In this document: positions 56,222-64,000 of the stretch, one piece after another | Numbering within the stretch: position 1 is the first letter of the stretch | Layout of the letters: each line of letters starts with the position of its first letter | NCBI GenBank assembly: GCA_035471925.1 | Contig: DATIPO010000206.1 | Span: 28,002 to 92,001 of the forward strand | Source: Acidobacteriota bacterium | GTDB lineage: Bacteria; Acidobacteriota; UBA6911; RPQK01; DATIPO01 | Length of the DNA stretch: 64,000 nucleotides | Direction: 5' to 3' | The notes under the pieces: generated by a model | Database searches by the model: none | Seen by the model: the letters and a program-made list of their open reading frames with translations, nothing else | What the model was told of the DNA's origin: nothing | Position numbers and translations under genes: made by a program

Positions 56222-57574
56222 TTAACGGGCAAAAGCCGCGCCTCTCCTGCGGACCGTTTTCTGGACCAATTCAGTCAAGATCTCGGGGTCATGCTCGGCC
56301 AACTCGTAGCGGACCCGGACGGCGGGTTTGTCGATCTTGATAACCCGGCGGAGATCGATGGGTGTGCCGATGACGACCGTGTCGCAGTCGGCTATGGCGA
56401 TGGTCTTTTCCAGCTCGCGCAGTTGCTCATCGTAGTACCCCAGCGCCGGTACAACGTCACCCAGCCGAGGGTACTTGCGGTAGGCTTCGGCGATGCTTCC
56501 TTGGGCGTAGGGGCGCGGATCGACGATTTCAGCGGCGTGATGGCGCTGTGAAGCCACGACCCCGGCGCCGATGTTCATTTCGCCGTGGGTGAGTGTCGGC
56601 CCGTCCTCGATGACCAACACGCGCTTGCCTTTGACCTGCTCGGGGTCTTCCAGACTCAGCCGGCTGTCGGCTGTGATGATGGAGGCCTGCGGGTTGCGGG
56701 AGCGGATGTTGCGCTTGACGGTCTCGATGTCTTCGGCCTTGGCGCTGTCGCACTTGTTGATGATGACGGCGTCGGCCAGAGTGAGGTTGGTTTCGCCCGC
56801 CCAGTAGAGCAGCTCGTGGCCCGGACGCAAGGGGTCGGCCACCGTGAGCGTGAGGTCGGAAGCGAAAAAGCTGGGGTCGTTGTTGCCTCCGTCCCACAAG
56901 ATCAGGTCGGCTTCTTGCTCGGCTTGATCGAGAATGGCTTGATAATCGACGCCGGAATAGATGACGTTCCCGGCTGCGATGTGGGGCTCGTACTCTTCCA
57001 TTTCTTCGATGGTGCAGTGGAACTTCTTGAGGTCGTCCAAGGTGGCGTAGCGCTGGACGGCCTGCTCGGCCAGATTTCCGTAAGGCATGGGATGGCGGAT
57101 GGCCACCACTTTTTCGACGCCCAGATCGTCCTTGAGAATCTTCACCAACCGCCGCGTGGTCTGGCTCTTGCCGCATCCGGTGCGTACCGCCACCACGCTG
57201 ATCAAGGGCTTGCTGCTCTTGAGGAAGCCACGCTGAGGAGCCAGGATCTTGAAATCGGCTCCGGCGCTGACTACCCGGTTGCAGACATGCATCAGGTCGA
57301 CATAGCGAATGTCGCTGTAGGAAAAGATGCAGAGATCGGCCTCCATGCGCCGGATGAGGTCCTCCAATTCCTCCATGGGATGGATGGGGATGCCGTCCGG
57401 ATAGTAGGGTCCGGCCAAAGGCGCGGGATACTTGCGTTCGTCGATTTCCGGTATCTGGGTGGCCGTAAAGGCTAGCACGTCGTAGCTTGGATCGTCGCGG
57501 AAGACGGTATTGAAATTATGGAAGTCGCGTCCCGCAGCACCGATGATGATGGTTTTCTTGGGCTTCATTGCCAT
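56222..57574 (-). CDS. cyclic 2,3-diphosphoglycerate synthetase-like P-loop protein
   Basis: 450 aa. N-terminus IIIGAAGRDFHNFN; P-loop VRTGCGKSQTTRR. The overall length and motif order recall the cDPGS (cpgS) family known from methanogens and its bacterial homologs. Assignment is from memory of family motifs, not from a search. Confidence 0.5.
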   Translation of the reverse strand: MAMKPKKTIIIGAAGRDFHNFNTVFRDDPSYDVLAFTATQIPEIDERKYPAPLAGPYYPDGIPIHPMEELEDLIRRMEADLCIFSYSDIRYVDLMHVCNRVVSAGADFKILAPQRGFLKSSKPLISVVAVRTGCGKSQTTRRLVKILKDDLGVEKVVAIRHPMPYGNLAEQAVQRYATLDDLKKFHCTIEEMEEYEPHIAAGNVIYSGVDYQAILDQAEQEADLILWDGGNNDPSFFASDLTLTVADPLRPGHELLYWAGETNLTLADAVIINKCDSAKAEDIETVKRNIRSRNPQASIITADSRLSLEDPEQVKGKRVLVIEDGPTLTHGEMNIGAGVVASQRHHAAEIVDPRPYAQGSIAEAYRKYPRLGDVVPALGYYDEQLRELEKTIAIADCDTVVIGTPIDLRRVIKIDKPAVRVRYELAEHDPEILTELVQKTVRRRGAAFAR

Positions 57575-57775
57575 ACCTCCTCACCCTGATGGGAAGCAAT
57601 TCCAGTGCCGCCGGACTTCTCCCGGCGAAGCAGGCGTGAGAACCACTCGCCGCACCGCTCTCTCCGCCAGTGCGGTCATTTTGAGCAGCAAAGGGCAAGC
57701 TCTGGGGCAAATAACCCAGCCGAAAACCCTATCTCATGCTTTGCCGCTGGAATGGGGATTGCTAGCCTGAGAGTC

Positions 57776-58720
57776 ATGAAGGACTTTCTCCGAACCGCCG
57801 ATCTGACCCGCCGAGACCTGGGCCTGCTGCTGGACATGGCCGACCGCTTCAAGCAGGAGCCCTACCAGCACCGGACCGAGTTGCAGAACGAATCGGTCTC
57901 GCTCTATTTCAACAAGCCCTCGACCCGCACCCGCATCTCGATGGAGACGGCGGTTGTGCGGTTGGGCGGCGTCCCCGTCATGATGGGTCCCGACGACCTT
58001 CAACTAGGCCGCGGGGAGACCATCGAGGACACAGCCCGCGTCATCAGCAGATTTTCGCGGGCCTTCATCGTGCGCACCTACAGCGACGACGAGGTTCACA
58101 CTTTCGCTGAGTGGGCCTCCATCCCCGTCATCAACGCCCTCACTGACGGGCATCATCCCTGCCAGAGCGTGGCCGACGTGATGACGCTGCGTGAAAAGAG
58201 AGGAGACCTGAGCCGGCTCAAACTGGCCTATCTGGGGGACGGAAACAACGTGGCCAACAGCCTTATGGAAGCCTGCGCCCTGTGCGGGTGCGACATCGCC
58301 GTCGCCAGTCCCAAGGGATTCGGCATCGCACCCGGCGAAGTCAGGCGCGTTCGGGAACTGGCCGATGAGAGCCACTGCAGCTTGCTGGTCACCGAAGATC
58401 CGGTGGAGGCCGTCAAAGACGCCGACGCCATCTATACCGACGTTTGGTTGTCGATGGGAGATCCGCCGGGCGAACGCCGGCAGCGCCTCAGGGCTCTGGG
58501 ACCCTATCAGGTCAACGACAAGCTCTTCTCCCATGCCAAGCCCGACGCCATTTTCATGCACTGTCTGCCTGATCACCGAGGCGAAGAAGTCACGGCCGAG
58601 GTGGTGGACGGTCCGCGTTCGGTCGTCTTCGACCAGGCCGAGAACCGGCTCCATACCTCGATGGCCATTCTCTACGGACTGCTGGAAAATCGCCTGGAAG
58701 GAAGGGGAGGCGTCCACTGA
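57776..58720 (+). CDS. ornithine carbamoyltransferase family (OTC/PTC-like) carbamoyltransferase
   Basis: ORF 57605..58720. ATG at 57776. Carbamoyl-phosphate motif STRTR; ornithine-site motifs DVWLSMG and HCLP. Confidence 0.8.
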   Translation: MKDFLRTADLTRRDLGLLLDMADRFKQEPYQHRTELQNESVSLYFNKPSTRTRISMETAVVRLGGVPVMMGPDDLQLGRGETIEDTARVISRFSRAFIVRTYSDDEVHTFAEWASIPVINALTDGHHPCQSVADVMTLREKRGDLSRLKLAYLGDGNNVANSLMEACALCGCDIAVASPKGFGIAPGEVRRVRELADESHCSLLVTEDPVEAVKDADAIYTDVWLSMGDPPGERRQRLRALGPYQVNDKLFSHAKPDAIFMHCLPDHRGEEVTAEVVDGPRSVVFDQAENRLHTSMAILYGLLENRLEGRGGVH

Positions 58721-59697
58721 TGCTGGTGGTCATCGCCCTGGGAGGCAACGCTCTCTTGCGCCGCGAACAAAAGGCCGAGGCCAGCCTGCAAAGGGAGAAT
58801 GTGCGCCTGGCGGCCCAAGCCGTTGCCGCTGTGGCCCGCCGCCACAAGGTGGTTGTGACCCATGGCAACGGTCCCCAGGTTGGACTGCTGGCCTTGCAGT
58901 CCCTGGCTTATCGCGAAGTCGATCCCTATCCTTTGGACGTCCTGGGGGCTGAGAGCGAGGGCATGATCGGCTATATGATCGAGCAGGAGTTGGGAAATGA
59001 CCTGCCCGGCCGGCAGGTGGCCACTTTGCTGACCCAGACGGTGGTGGACGCGGACGACCCCGCCTTCCACGCCCCAACGAAGTTCGTGGGGCCTCAGTAT
59101 GAGGAGGAAGAAGCCCGGCGCCTGCAGCGCAACCGCGGCTGGACGCTCGAGAAGGACGGAGACAAGTACCGCCGCGTCGTGCCTTCGCCGGCGCCCCAGC
59201 GCATTTTGGAATTGCCTACCATCCGTCTGTTGGTCGAGCACAATGTCCTGGTCGTGTGCGCCGGGGGAGGCGGCATTCCCGTCGCCATCAACGGCCACGG
59301 CGCAGTACGCGGCGTTGAGGCGGTGGTCGACAAAGACCGAGCTTCGGCCTTGCTGGCCTCTGACCTGGGGGCCGACGCACTGCTCATGCTGACCGACGTC
59401 GAGGCCGTCTACCGCAACTGGGGACAGCCGGGCCAGCAACCCCTCCGCCGGACCACCCCCGACGACATCGATCCCAGCCAATTCGCTGCCGGTTCCATGG
59501 GCCCCAAGGTGGAAGCCGCCTGCCGTTTCGTGCGCGGCGGCTCGCGCCAGGACGCGAATCGGCGTTCAATTGCTTCCGCAAGGGGCGTGAGTCGTCCCAC
59601 GGCCTCTGGCGGACCGTTGGCTGGCATCGGGGCCCTCGCCAACGCTGCCGCCATTCTCCGTGGGGAGTCCGGTACCGTGATCCGCTCGTCCTGGTGA
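58720..59697 (+). CDS. arcC: carbamate kinase
   Basis: MLVVIALGGNALL…VVVTHGNGPQVG…; amino-acid-kinase fold. ~25-aa insertion near the C-terminus relative to typical carbamate kinases. Confidence 0.8.
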   Translation: MLVVIALGGNALLRREQKAEASLQRENVRLAAQAVAAVARRHKVVVTHGNGPQVGLLALQSLAYREVDPYPLDVLGAESEGMIGYMIEQELGNDLPGRQVATLLTQTVVDADDPAFHAPTKFVGPQYEEEEARRLQRNRGWTLEKDGDKYRRVVPSPAPQRILELPTIRLLVEHNVLVVCAGGGGIPVAINGHGAVRGVEAVVDKDRASALLASDLGADALLMLTDVEAVYRNWGQPGQQPLRRTTPDDIDPSQFAAGSMGPKVEAACRFVRGGSRQDANRRSIASARGVSRPTASGGPLAGIGALANAAAILRGESGTVIRSSW

Positions 59698-59801
59698 ATC
59701 TGAGGCGCTCCACCCCTCATCCGCGTCCGCCAGCGGCCACAGGATTTGGCGGCGCCTGGGCTTAAACAGGGCACGATCCACGCCCGTCGCCGGCCTTAGC
59801 T

Positions 59802-60221
59802 CTAGGAACGCGAACCCAGAAAGGCGTCCAGCGACCAGCGATCTTCTTTGCCAGGTATGAGGAAGACCGCCACCATCAGCACCGTGCGCGGAAAGATGTG
59901 ATCGATGATAGAGAAGAGCGGTTCTTTGAGCAGGTGGCCGTAGGTGACCAGCAGCAAGATCATCCCGACCGCGATGAGCGCCTCGCGGGTGCGAAAGCCG
60001 ATGACCAGCATCAATCCTGCCAAGAGTTCGACCACGGGTATGGCCAAGCCCGTGATCAGCAGCAGGAAGTGCGGGATCCAGCTATCGGCATAGGGTCCGG
60101 TGAAGAGGTTCTCGGCATGCGCCATGGGACCCATGGTGAAGCACTTAAACCACCCGGCCATCAGAAAGATGATCCCCAGCATGACCCGGCAAAAAAAGCG
60201 CGCCCAGCATTGTCCGTTCAT
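59802..60221 (-). CDS. DoxX-family membrane protein
   Basis: 139 aa, 4 TM, DoxX-like (…LGIIFLMAGWFK…). Confidence 0.65.
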   Translation of the reverse strand: MNGQCWARFFCRVMLGIIFLMAGWFKCFTMGPMAHAENLFTGPYADSWIPHFLLLITGLAIPVVELLAGLMLVIGFRTREALIAVGMILLLVTYGHLLKEPLFSIIDHIFPRTVLMVAVFLIPGKEDRWSLDAFLGSRS

Positions 60222-60293
60222 CCGCTGAGTCTAGCAGACCTCGGTTTTACCGTCCCAGTTGGGACAGAGGCTTTCTGGGAGGGTAGACGTGCC

Positions 60294-61292
60294 TCAGTCG
60301 CCGAAGACCGCCCTGAGGACGCGGGTGCAGGCTTGCAGGACGGTTTGGCGGTGTCCGATGCGGTAGAGCTGGGTGAGGCCGGGACGGGGGTTGACGTCGA
60401 CCACCGCTGATTCGTCGGGAGTAGCTTCCAGCGAGGGAGCGCGGTAGTCGATTCCCAGGTGGCGCAGGCCCAGCAGGCGGGCGATGCGGCGTCCGCTGTC
60501 GATCCACTCAGGAGATGGATCTTCGATGACGCGGGCCAGGGCGAAGCGGCGCAGGTTAAGGATATCGCCTCCCAGCCGCAGGACTCGCCCGCGCGGCAGG
60601 ACGGTTTCTTCATCCCATCCCCGCGACAGCACCTGCCGCTTCCAGTCGGGGAAGTCGGCGGCTTGCTTCCAGATCAGATCTCCCGAGTAGCGGCGGTCCT
60701 GCCGCTCGGCTAATTCACGGATCGTGGAGCGTCCGTCGCCTTCAAGGCGCAAAGGCGAGCGGCTGTAGCCGATGAGGAATTCGTCGTCCAGGAAATCGAG
60801 GCGGATGTCGACGCCCGGCAGCCGCTCTTGCACCAGAGCCAGTGGATCTTGCTTCCAGATCTCGTCGAGGGCTTCGCGGATTTGATCGGGGTCTCGGGCC
60901 ACCGAGACGAACTGCCCCCCGCACAGTTTGTTGGGCTTTACGACCACCGGATAGCCGTGCTGCCGGGCGAAGCCGAGTCCGGGGGCGGGACCCTCTTGCA
61001 GTCCGTAGCTGTGACCTTTGAAATGCCCCGGACGCAGGCAGCGTACGCCCCTCGGCGCGGCGACCCCCTGGCGTTCCAGCAGCAGTGCGGTGTAGAACTT
61101 GTCGTCAGCCAGCCGGGCCGAAAGAGAGTCGTTGAGAGGGACGTGTCCCGCCAGGATGTAGCGCCGCTGATCGCCGCGGACCAGTTGGGCCAGCACCTTC
61201 GATTCCTGATCGAGCAGACGTACTTCGATGCCCATGGCCTGGGCCGCTTGGGCGTAGATGGTCAAGGCTCTTTCCCCGTCCGGATGGCTCAT
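60294..61292 (-). CDS. ATP-grasp family ligase (RimK/glutathione-synthetase-like)
   Basis: 332 aa with ATP-grasp signature (…VVVKPNKLCGGQFVSV…; …LGIDYRAP…VVDVNPRPG). Confidence 0.6.
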   Translation of the reverse strand: MSHPDGERALTIYAQAAQAMGIEVRLLDQESKVLAQLVRGDQRRYILAGHVPLNDSLSARLADDKFYTALLLERQGVAAPRGVRCLRPGHFKGHSYGLQEGPAPGLGFARQHGYPVVVKPNKLCGGQFVSVARDPDQIREALDEIWKQDPLALVQERLPGVDIRLDFLDDEFLIGYSRSPLRLEGDGRSTIRELAERQDRRYSGDLIWKQAADFPDWKRQVLSRGWDEETVLPRGRVLRLGGDILNLRRFALARVIEDPSPEWIDSGRRIARLLGLRHLGIDYRAPSLEATPDESAVVDVNPRPGLTQLYRIGHRQTVLQACTRVLRAVFGD

Positions 61293-61392
61293 GACGGCTA
61301 TTGTGCCCTAGGTTCCCGGCTCCTGTCGCGGTCCTCCCCCCGTTCAACCTCTTTCACCCGGGCCGTGGATCGTTTAGACTGCTTCAGGCCGT

Positions 61393-62280
61393 ATGAGGTC
61401 ACAGTTCCGAATCACAGCGACGGCTCGACAGCGATGGACGGGCCCGGGTCCCCCGGGGGGCCAACCCGTTCACAGACAGGTCCGTTCTGGCGCACACGAT
61501 CAGCGGCATCCTATCCTCTGGGCGTTCAAGGGTTGCACGCTGCTGCTGATCCTGCTGACCTGGCTGCCGGCTTGCGCGCCACAGGAGCCCGTCCGTTTGC
61601 AGGGCGGGGGCGACGTGGTGGAGGGTCCGCGCGATTTCCTGCGCGGCTACCGGGCGCTGAATCCAGACGGGACGGTGAATGCCGTCATCGAGATTCCCGC
61701 CGGGACCTCGGCCAAATGGGAAGTCGACAAGAGCGACGGGGCACTGAGATGGGAGCGGCGGGGAGATGGTTACCGCATGGTTCAGTACCTGCCTTATCCC
61801 GCCAACTACGGCATGATTCCGCAGACGCTGCTTCCCTCCCGGCAGGGTGGTGACGGTGATCCGCTGGACGTGGTCGTGCTGTCCCCGGCGCTGAACCGGG
61901 GGACGGTGGTTCCCGTGCGCCTGATTGGGGTCCTGCGCTTGTTGGACCAGGGCGAGCGCGACGACAAGCTCTTGGCGGTGGTGCCGGGAACGCCCATGGG
62001 CGAGGTGGAGGACCTCTCAGGCTTGATGCGCGATTATCCCGGCGCGGCCCAAGTCGTGGAGACTTGGTTTTCCAACTACAAGGGACCCGGCCAAACCGTT
62101 TCCGAGGGCGTTGCCGGGGTCGAAGAGGCAACCGCCGTCCTTCAGCGGGCTATGGCCGACTACCGCAGCGCCAACCCGGCCCAGGGCCCCCCCGGGAATT
62201 CGCCTCAGCCGCAGCAGAAACCGCCCGATGACTCAGGCGGTGAGGCTTCCCAAGGACAGGACCGAGGGCCGCAGCAATGA
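61393..62280 (+). CDS. inorganic pyrophosphatase (family I) with N-terminal membrane/lipoprotein anchor and C-terminal low-complexity tail
   Basis: Core AVIEIPAGTSAKWEVDK…DGDPLDVVVL…DDKLLAV. Hydrophobic LLLILLTWLPACAP near the N-terminus; true start uncertain (possibly a non-ATG downstream of 61393). Confidence 0.65.
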   Translation: MRSQFRITATARQRWTGPGPPGGQPVHRQVRSGAHDQRHPILWAFKGCTLLLILLTWLPACAPQEPVRLQGGGDVVEGPRDFLRGYRALNPDGTVNAVIEIPAGTSAKWEVDKSDGALRWERRGDGYRMVQYLPYPANYGMIPQTLLPSRQGGDGDPLDVVVLSPALNRGTVVPVRLIGVLRLLDQGERDDKLLAVVPGTPMGEVEDLSGLMRDYPGAAQVVETWFSNYKGPGQTVSEGVAGVEEATAVLQRAMADYRSANPAQGPPGNSPQPQQKPPDDSGGEASQGQDRGPQQ

Positions 62281-62313
62281 GAAGGGCAGCGGCAACGATA
62301 AGAAAGGATCTTC

Positions 62314-63417
62314 ATGTCAGACTCTCAGCGAGCGCGCATTATTCGAGTCCCCGTGGGGGCGGGGGCCAACAACTATCGGGGGCTGGAATTGGGTCCTCAT
62401 TCAGTGGAACGCCTGACACGCGACCGCATCGCTGACTTTCAACTCGATGCCACTTCCAAGTCGACCCGCATTCCTTTCCGCTACTGGTTGGACGAAAAGG
62501 CAGAGGAGATTGAGGCGGTGTCGCCCGGCGATGCCGAGGACACCGGCGAATACGAGACCATTCAACATCTGCCGGCGGTCAGCGAGATCTGCCGTCGTCT
62601 GCGCGAGAAGGTGGCCGACGTGCTGGGAGAAAACCGGGACGATCCCATCCTGCCCTTGGTGCTGGGCGGAGATCACTCCATCGCCATCGGCACCATCGCG
62701 GGACTGCGCAAGGCCCGTCCCAACAAGAAGTTGGGGCTGCTGTGGATCGACTCCCATTCCGACTACCACACCGGCTACTTCGGCGAACGCTTTGGCAACG
62801 ACGAGTACGACCGCTGGCACCGATCCGGACCGGCTGAGAAGAACAACCGCAAAGGCACCACCTTCAGCGGCCACATCCACGGCATGGCGCTGGCGGTTTC
62901 CTGCGGCTACGGCGAGCCCAAGTTGCTGGAGCTCTTCGAGCAGGGCAACTTCGTGGCTCCCGAAAACGTCGTCTGCCTCGGACTGCGCGACATCGACCGC
63001 GAGGAGAAGGAGTGGCTCTTCCGCGACAAGGTCTACTGCATCTCCTCGCGCCAGATCGGCTTTCACGGAGTGCCGGACTGCGTCCACCGGGCCGTCAAGC
63101 ACCTCCTGCAAAAGGGCGTTGAGGAGCTTCATATTTCATTCGACATCGACTGCCTGGAATCGGTGGTGGTGCCCGGAACCGGAACCCGCGTCCCCGGCGG
63201 GATGAGTTTCCGCGAAGCCGACTTGGTGCTCAAGCTGCTGCGCGACTGGCTGCCCGAAGTGGGTATCCGCGTCTGTTCCTTTGATTTGGTCGAAGTCAAT
63301 CCCACCATCGACAAACACGGCCGCACCGCCCACTTGGCAGCCCGCCTGCTGACCGCCTTTCTGGGCGAAGAGATCCTCTACCACGAGTCCTTTGCCTGGC
63401 CCGGTGACGGACCCTAG
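62314..63417 (+). CDS. arginase/agmatinase/formiminoglutamase-family ureohydrolase
   Basis: Mn-binding motifs GGDHSIAIG, DSHSDYHT, SFDIDCLES. AAAGGA RBS 7 nt upstream. Confidence 0.8.
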   Translation: MSDSQRARIIRVPVGAGANNYRGLELGPHSVERLTRDRIADFQLDATSKSTRIPFRYWLDEKAEEIEAVSPGDAEDTGEYETIQHLPAVSEICRRLREKVADVLGENRDDPILPLVLGGDHSIAIGTIAGLRKARPNKKLGLLWIDSHSDYHTGYFGERFGNDEYDRWHRSGPAEKNNRKGTTFSGHIHGMALAVSCGYGEPKLLELFEQGNFVAPENVVCLGLRDIDREEKEWLFRDKVYCISSRQIGFHGVPDCVHRAVKHLLQKGVEELHISFDIDCLESVVVPGTGTRVPGGMSFREADLVLKLLRDWLPEVGIRVCSFDLVEVNPTIDKHGRTAHLAARLLTAFLGEEILYHESFAWPGDGP

Positions 63418-63446
63418 GATCGGGTGAACTGAATCCACGCGCACCT

Positions 63447-63920
63447 TCAACTGCCGACTTTGAAAGTGTAAATCTTGCCCGCTGAAGCAGCGCTGGCAGA
63501 ATTGCTGACTCCTGGGGGGAGAAGTCCGTACTCTCCCGGGCGAAGGTCCGGCAACCTATATTTGTACAATCTCGGATCGATCCTTTCGGGATCGAACTCA
63601 ACCGTGTTTTCGTCAGCTCCACCGGAAGCATGGACGATTCCGCCGGTCAGCATCCGAAACTCCCGCCGGTTTTTCTTTTCCCAGAAACGCAGCAGTTGAT
63701 ACTCGGAGCCCGTGACGCCCTCCCGGCAATAGATATAAAGGGTCTCCGTACCCTTGAAAAGGTAGGGACTACTCTTGGGCTTGACCACGCCGTTCACATG
63801 GCCCTTGGTAAGTCCCATAGTGGCCATGCTCTTGAGGAATCCGCCAGTTTTCCAGGTTACGACCTCAGGTTCCATGAACTCCGGATCATCGCCTTCTTCT
63901 TTGACAAAATAGACTCCCAC
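63447..63920 (-). CDS. hypothetical protein (possibly N-terminally truncated by window end)
   Basis: 157-aa ORF with coding-like composition and no recognisable motif. The start may lie beyond 63920. Confidence 0.3.
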   Translation of the reverse strand: MGVYFVKEEGDDPEFMEPEVVTWKTGGFLKSMATMGLTKGHVNGVVKPKSSPYLFKGTETLYIYCREGVTGSEYQLLRFWEKKNRREFRMLTGGIVHASGGADENTVEFDPERIDPRLYKYRLPDLRPGEYGLLPPGVSNSASAASAGKIYTFKVGS

Positions 63921-64000
63921 CTCGCTAGGCAGTGTCTCGCCCTCGCCCCCCTGCTGGGAAGTCAGGTCGCCCCGCCTGAGTACCGGCTCGTCCGGGGAGG

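Noticed and set aside
1-64000. CRISPR arrays, IS elements, prophage or integrase genes
   Set aside because: No direct-repeat/spacer periodicity, transposase, integrase or phage structural gene signatures were found. The only tandem repeats (36627..36820) are degenerate and lack uniform spacers.

Overview
High-GC (~65-68%) bacterial chromosomal segment on a dense six-frame ORF background. The gene content (PadR regulator + ADOP-type duplicated FtsX permease pair, TPR/ASPIC-UnbV proteins, PSCyt1-type cytochrome) suggests an Acidobacteria-like organism; this is inference from gene families, not from a search. I found no transposase, integrase, CRISPR array, rRNA or convincing tRNA.

Main content, left to right:
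(1) Two tandem CRTAC1/ASPIC-UnbV family genes. The second is a 1.3k-aa TPR + FG-GAP + UnbV protein whose stop overlaps (ATGA) the start of a discrete acyl carrier protein. A covalently fused KS-CLF ketosynthase follows.
(2) A long minus-strand operon: VWA(CoxE-like) -> soluble class-I HMG-CoA reductase -> HlyD -> ABC ATPase -> ABC-2 permease -> ~1470-aa secreted metzincin/DUF11/TSP3 protein.
(3) A CXXCH-heme + copper-monooxygenase (PHM/DBH-like) fusion protein, a DUF1579-like secreted protein, and an MgtC/DUF4010 membrane protein.
(4) PadR + ADOP permease.
(5) A selenocysteine-containing NAD-type formate dehydrogenase alpha subunit that the ORF track splits at an in-frame UGA (27652..27654); a SECIS-like hairpin follows the UGA. 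Upstream, overlapping by ATGA, is a fused NuoE/NuoF-like (FdsG-FdsB) subunit.
(6) ICMT-family methyltransferase, class-III aminotransferase, stand-alone LigD polymerase domain, TonB-dependent receptor, HemN-like radical-SAM protein, PQQ-propeller protein.
(7) A LuxE-like acyl-protein synthetase / LuxC-like acyl-CoA reductase pair next to an Fe-alcohol dehydrogenase.
(8) SodC, CysK, a threonine/serine dehydratase-like gene, two paralogous small Cys-rich secreted proteins, an NhaP-type antiporter, a YfcC-family transporter.
(9) A cluster of cDPG-synthetase-like P-loop protein, OTC-like carbamoyltransferase, carbamate kinase, ATP-grasp ligase, arginase-family ureohydrolase, two inorganic pyrophosphatases, a UbiC-like protein and a PaaK/F390-synthetase-like ligase.

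Two intergenic regions (17.9 kb and 36.6 kb) share a ~85-nt hairpin-containing element. The second copy adjoins an array of ~24-nt degenerate tandem repeats.
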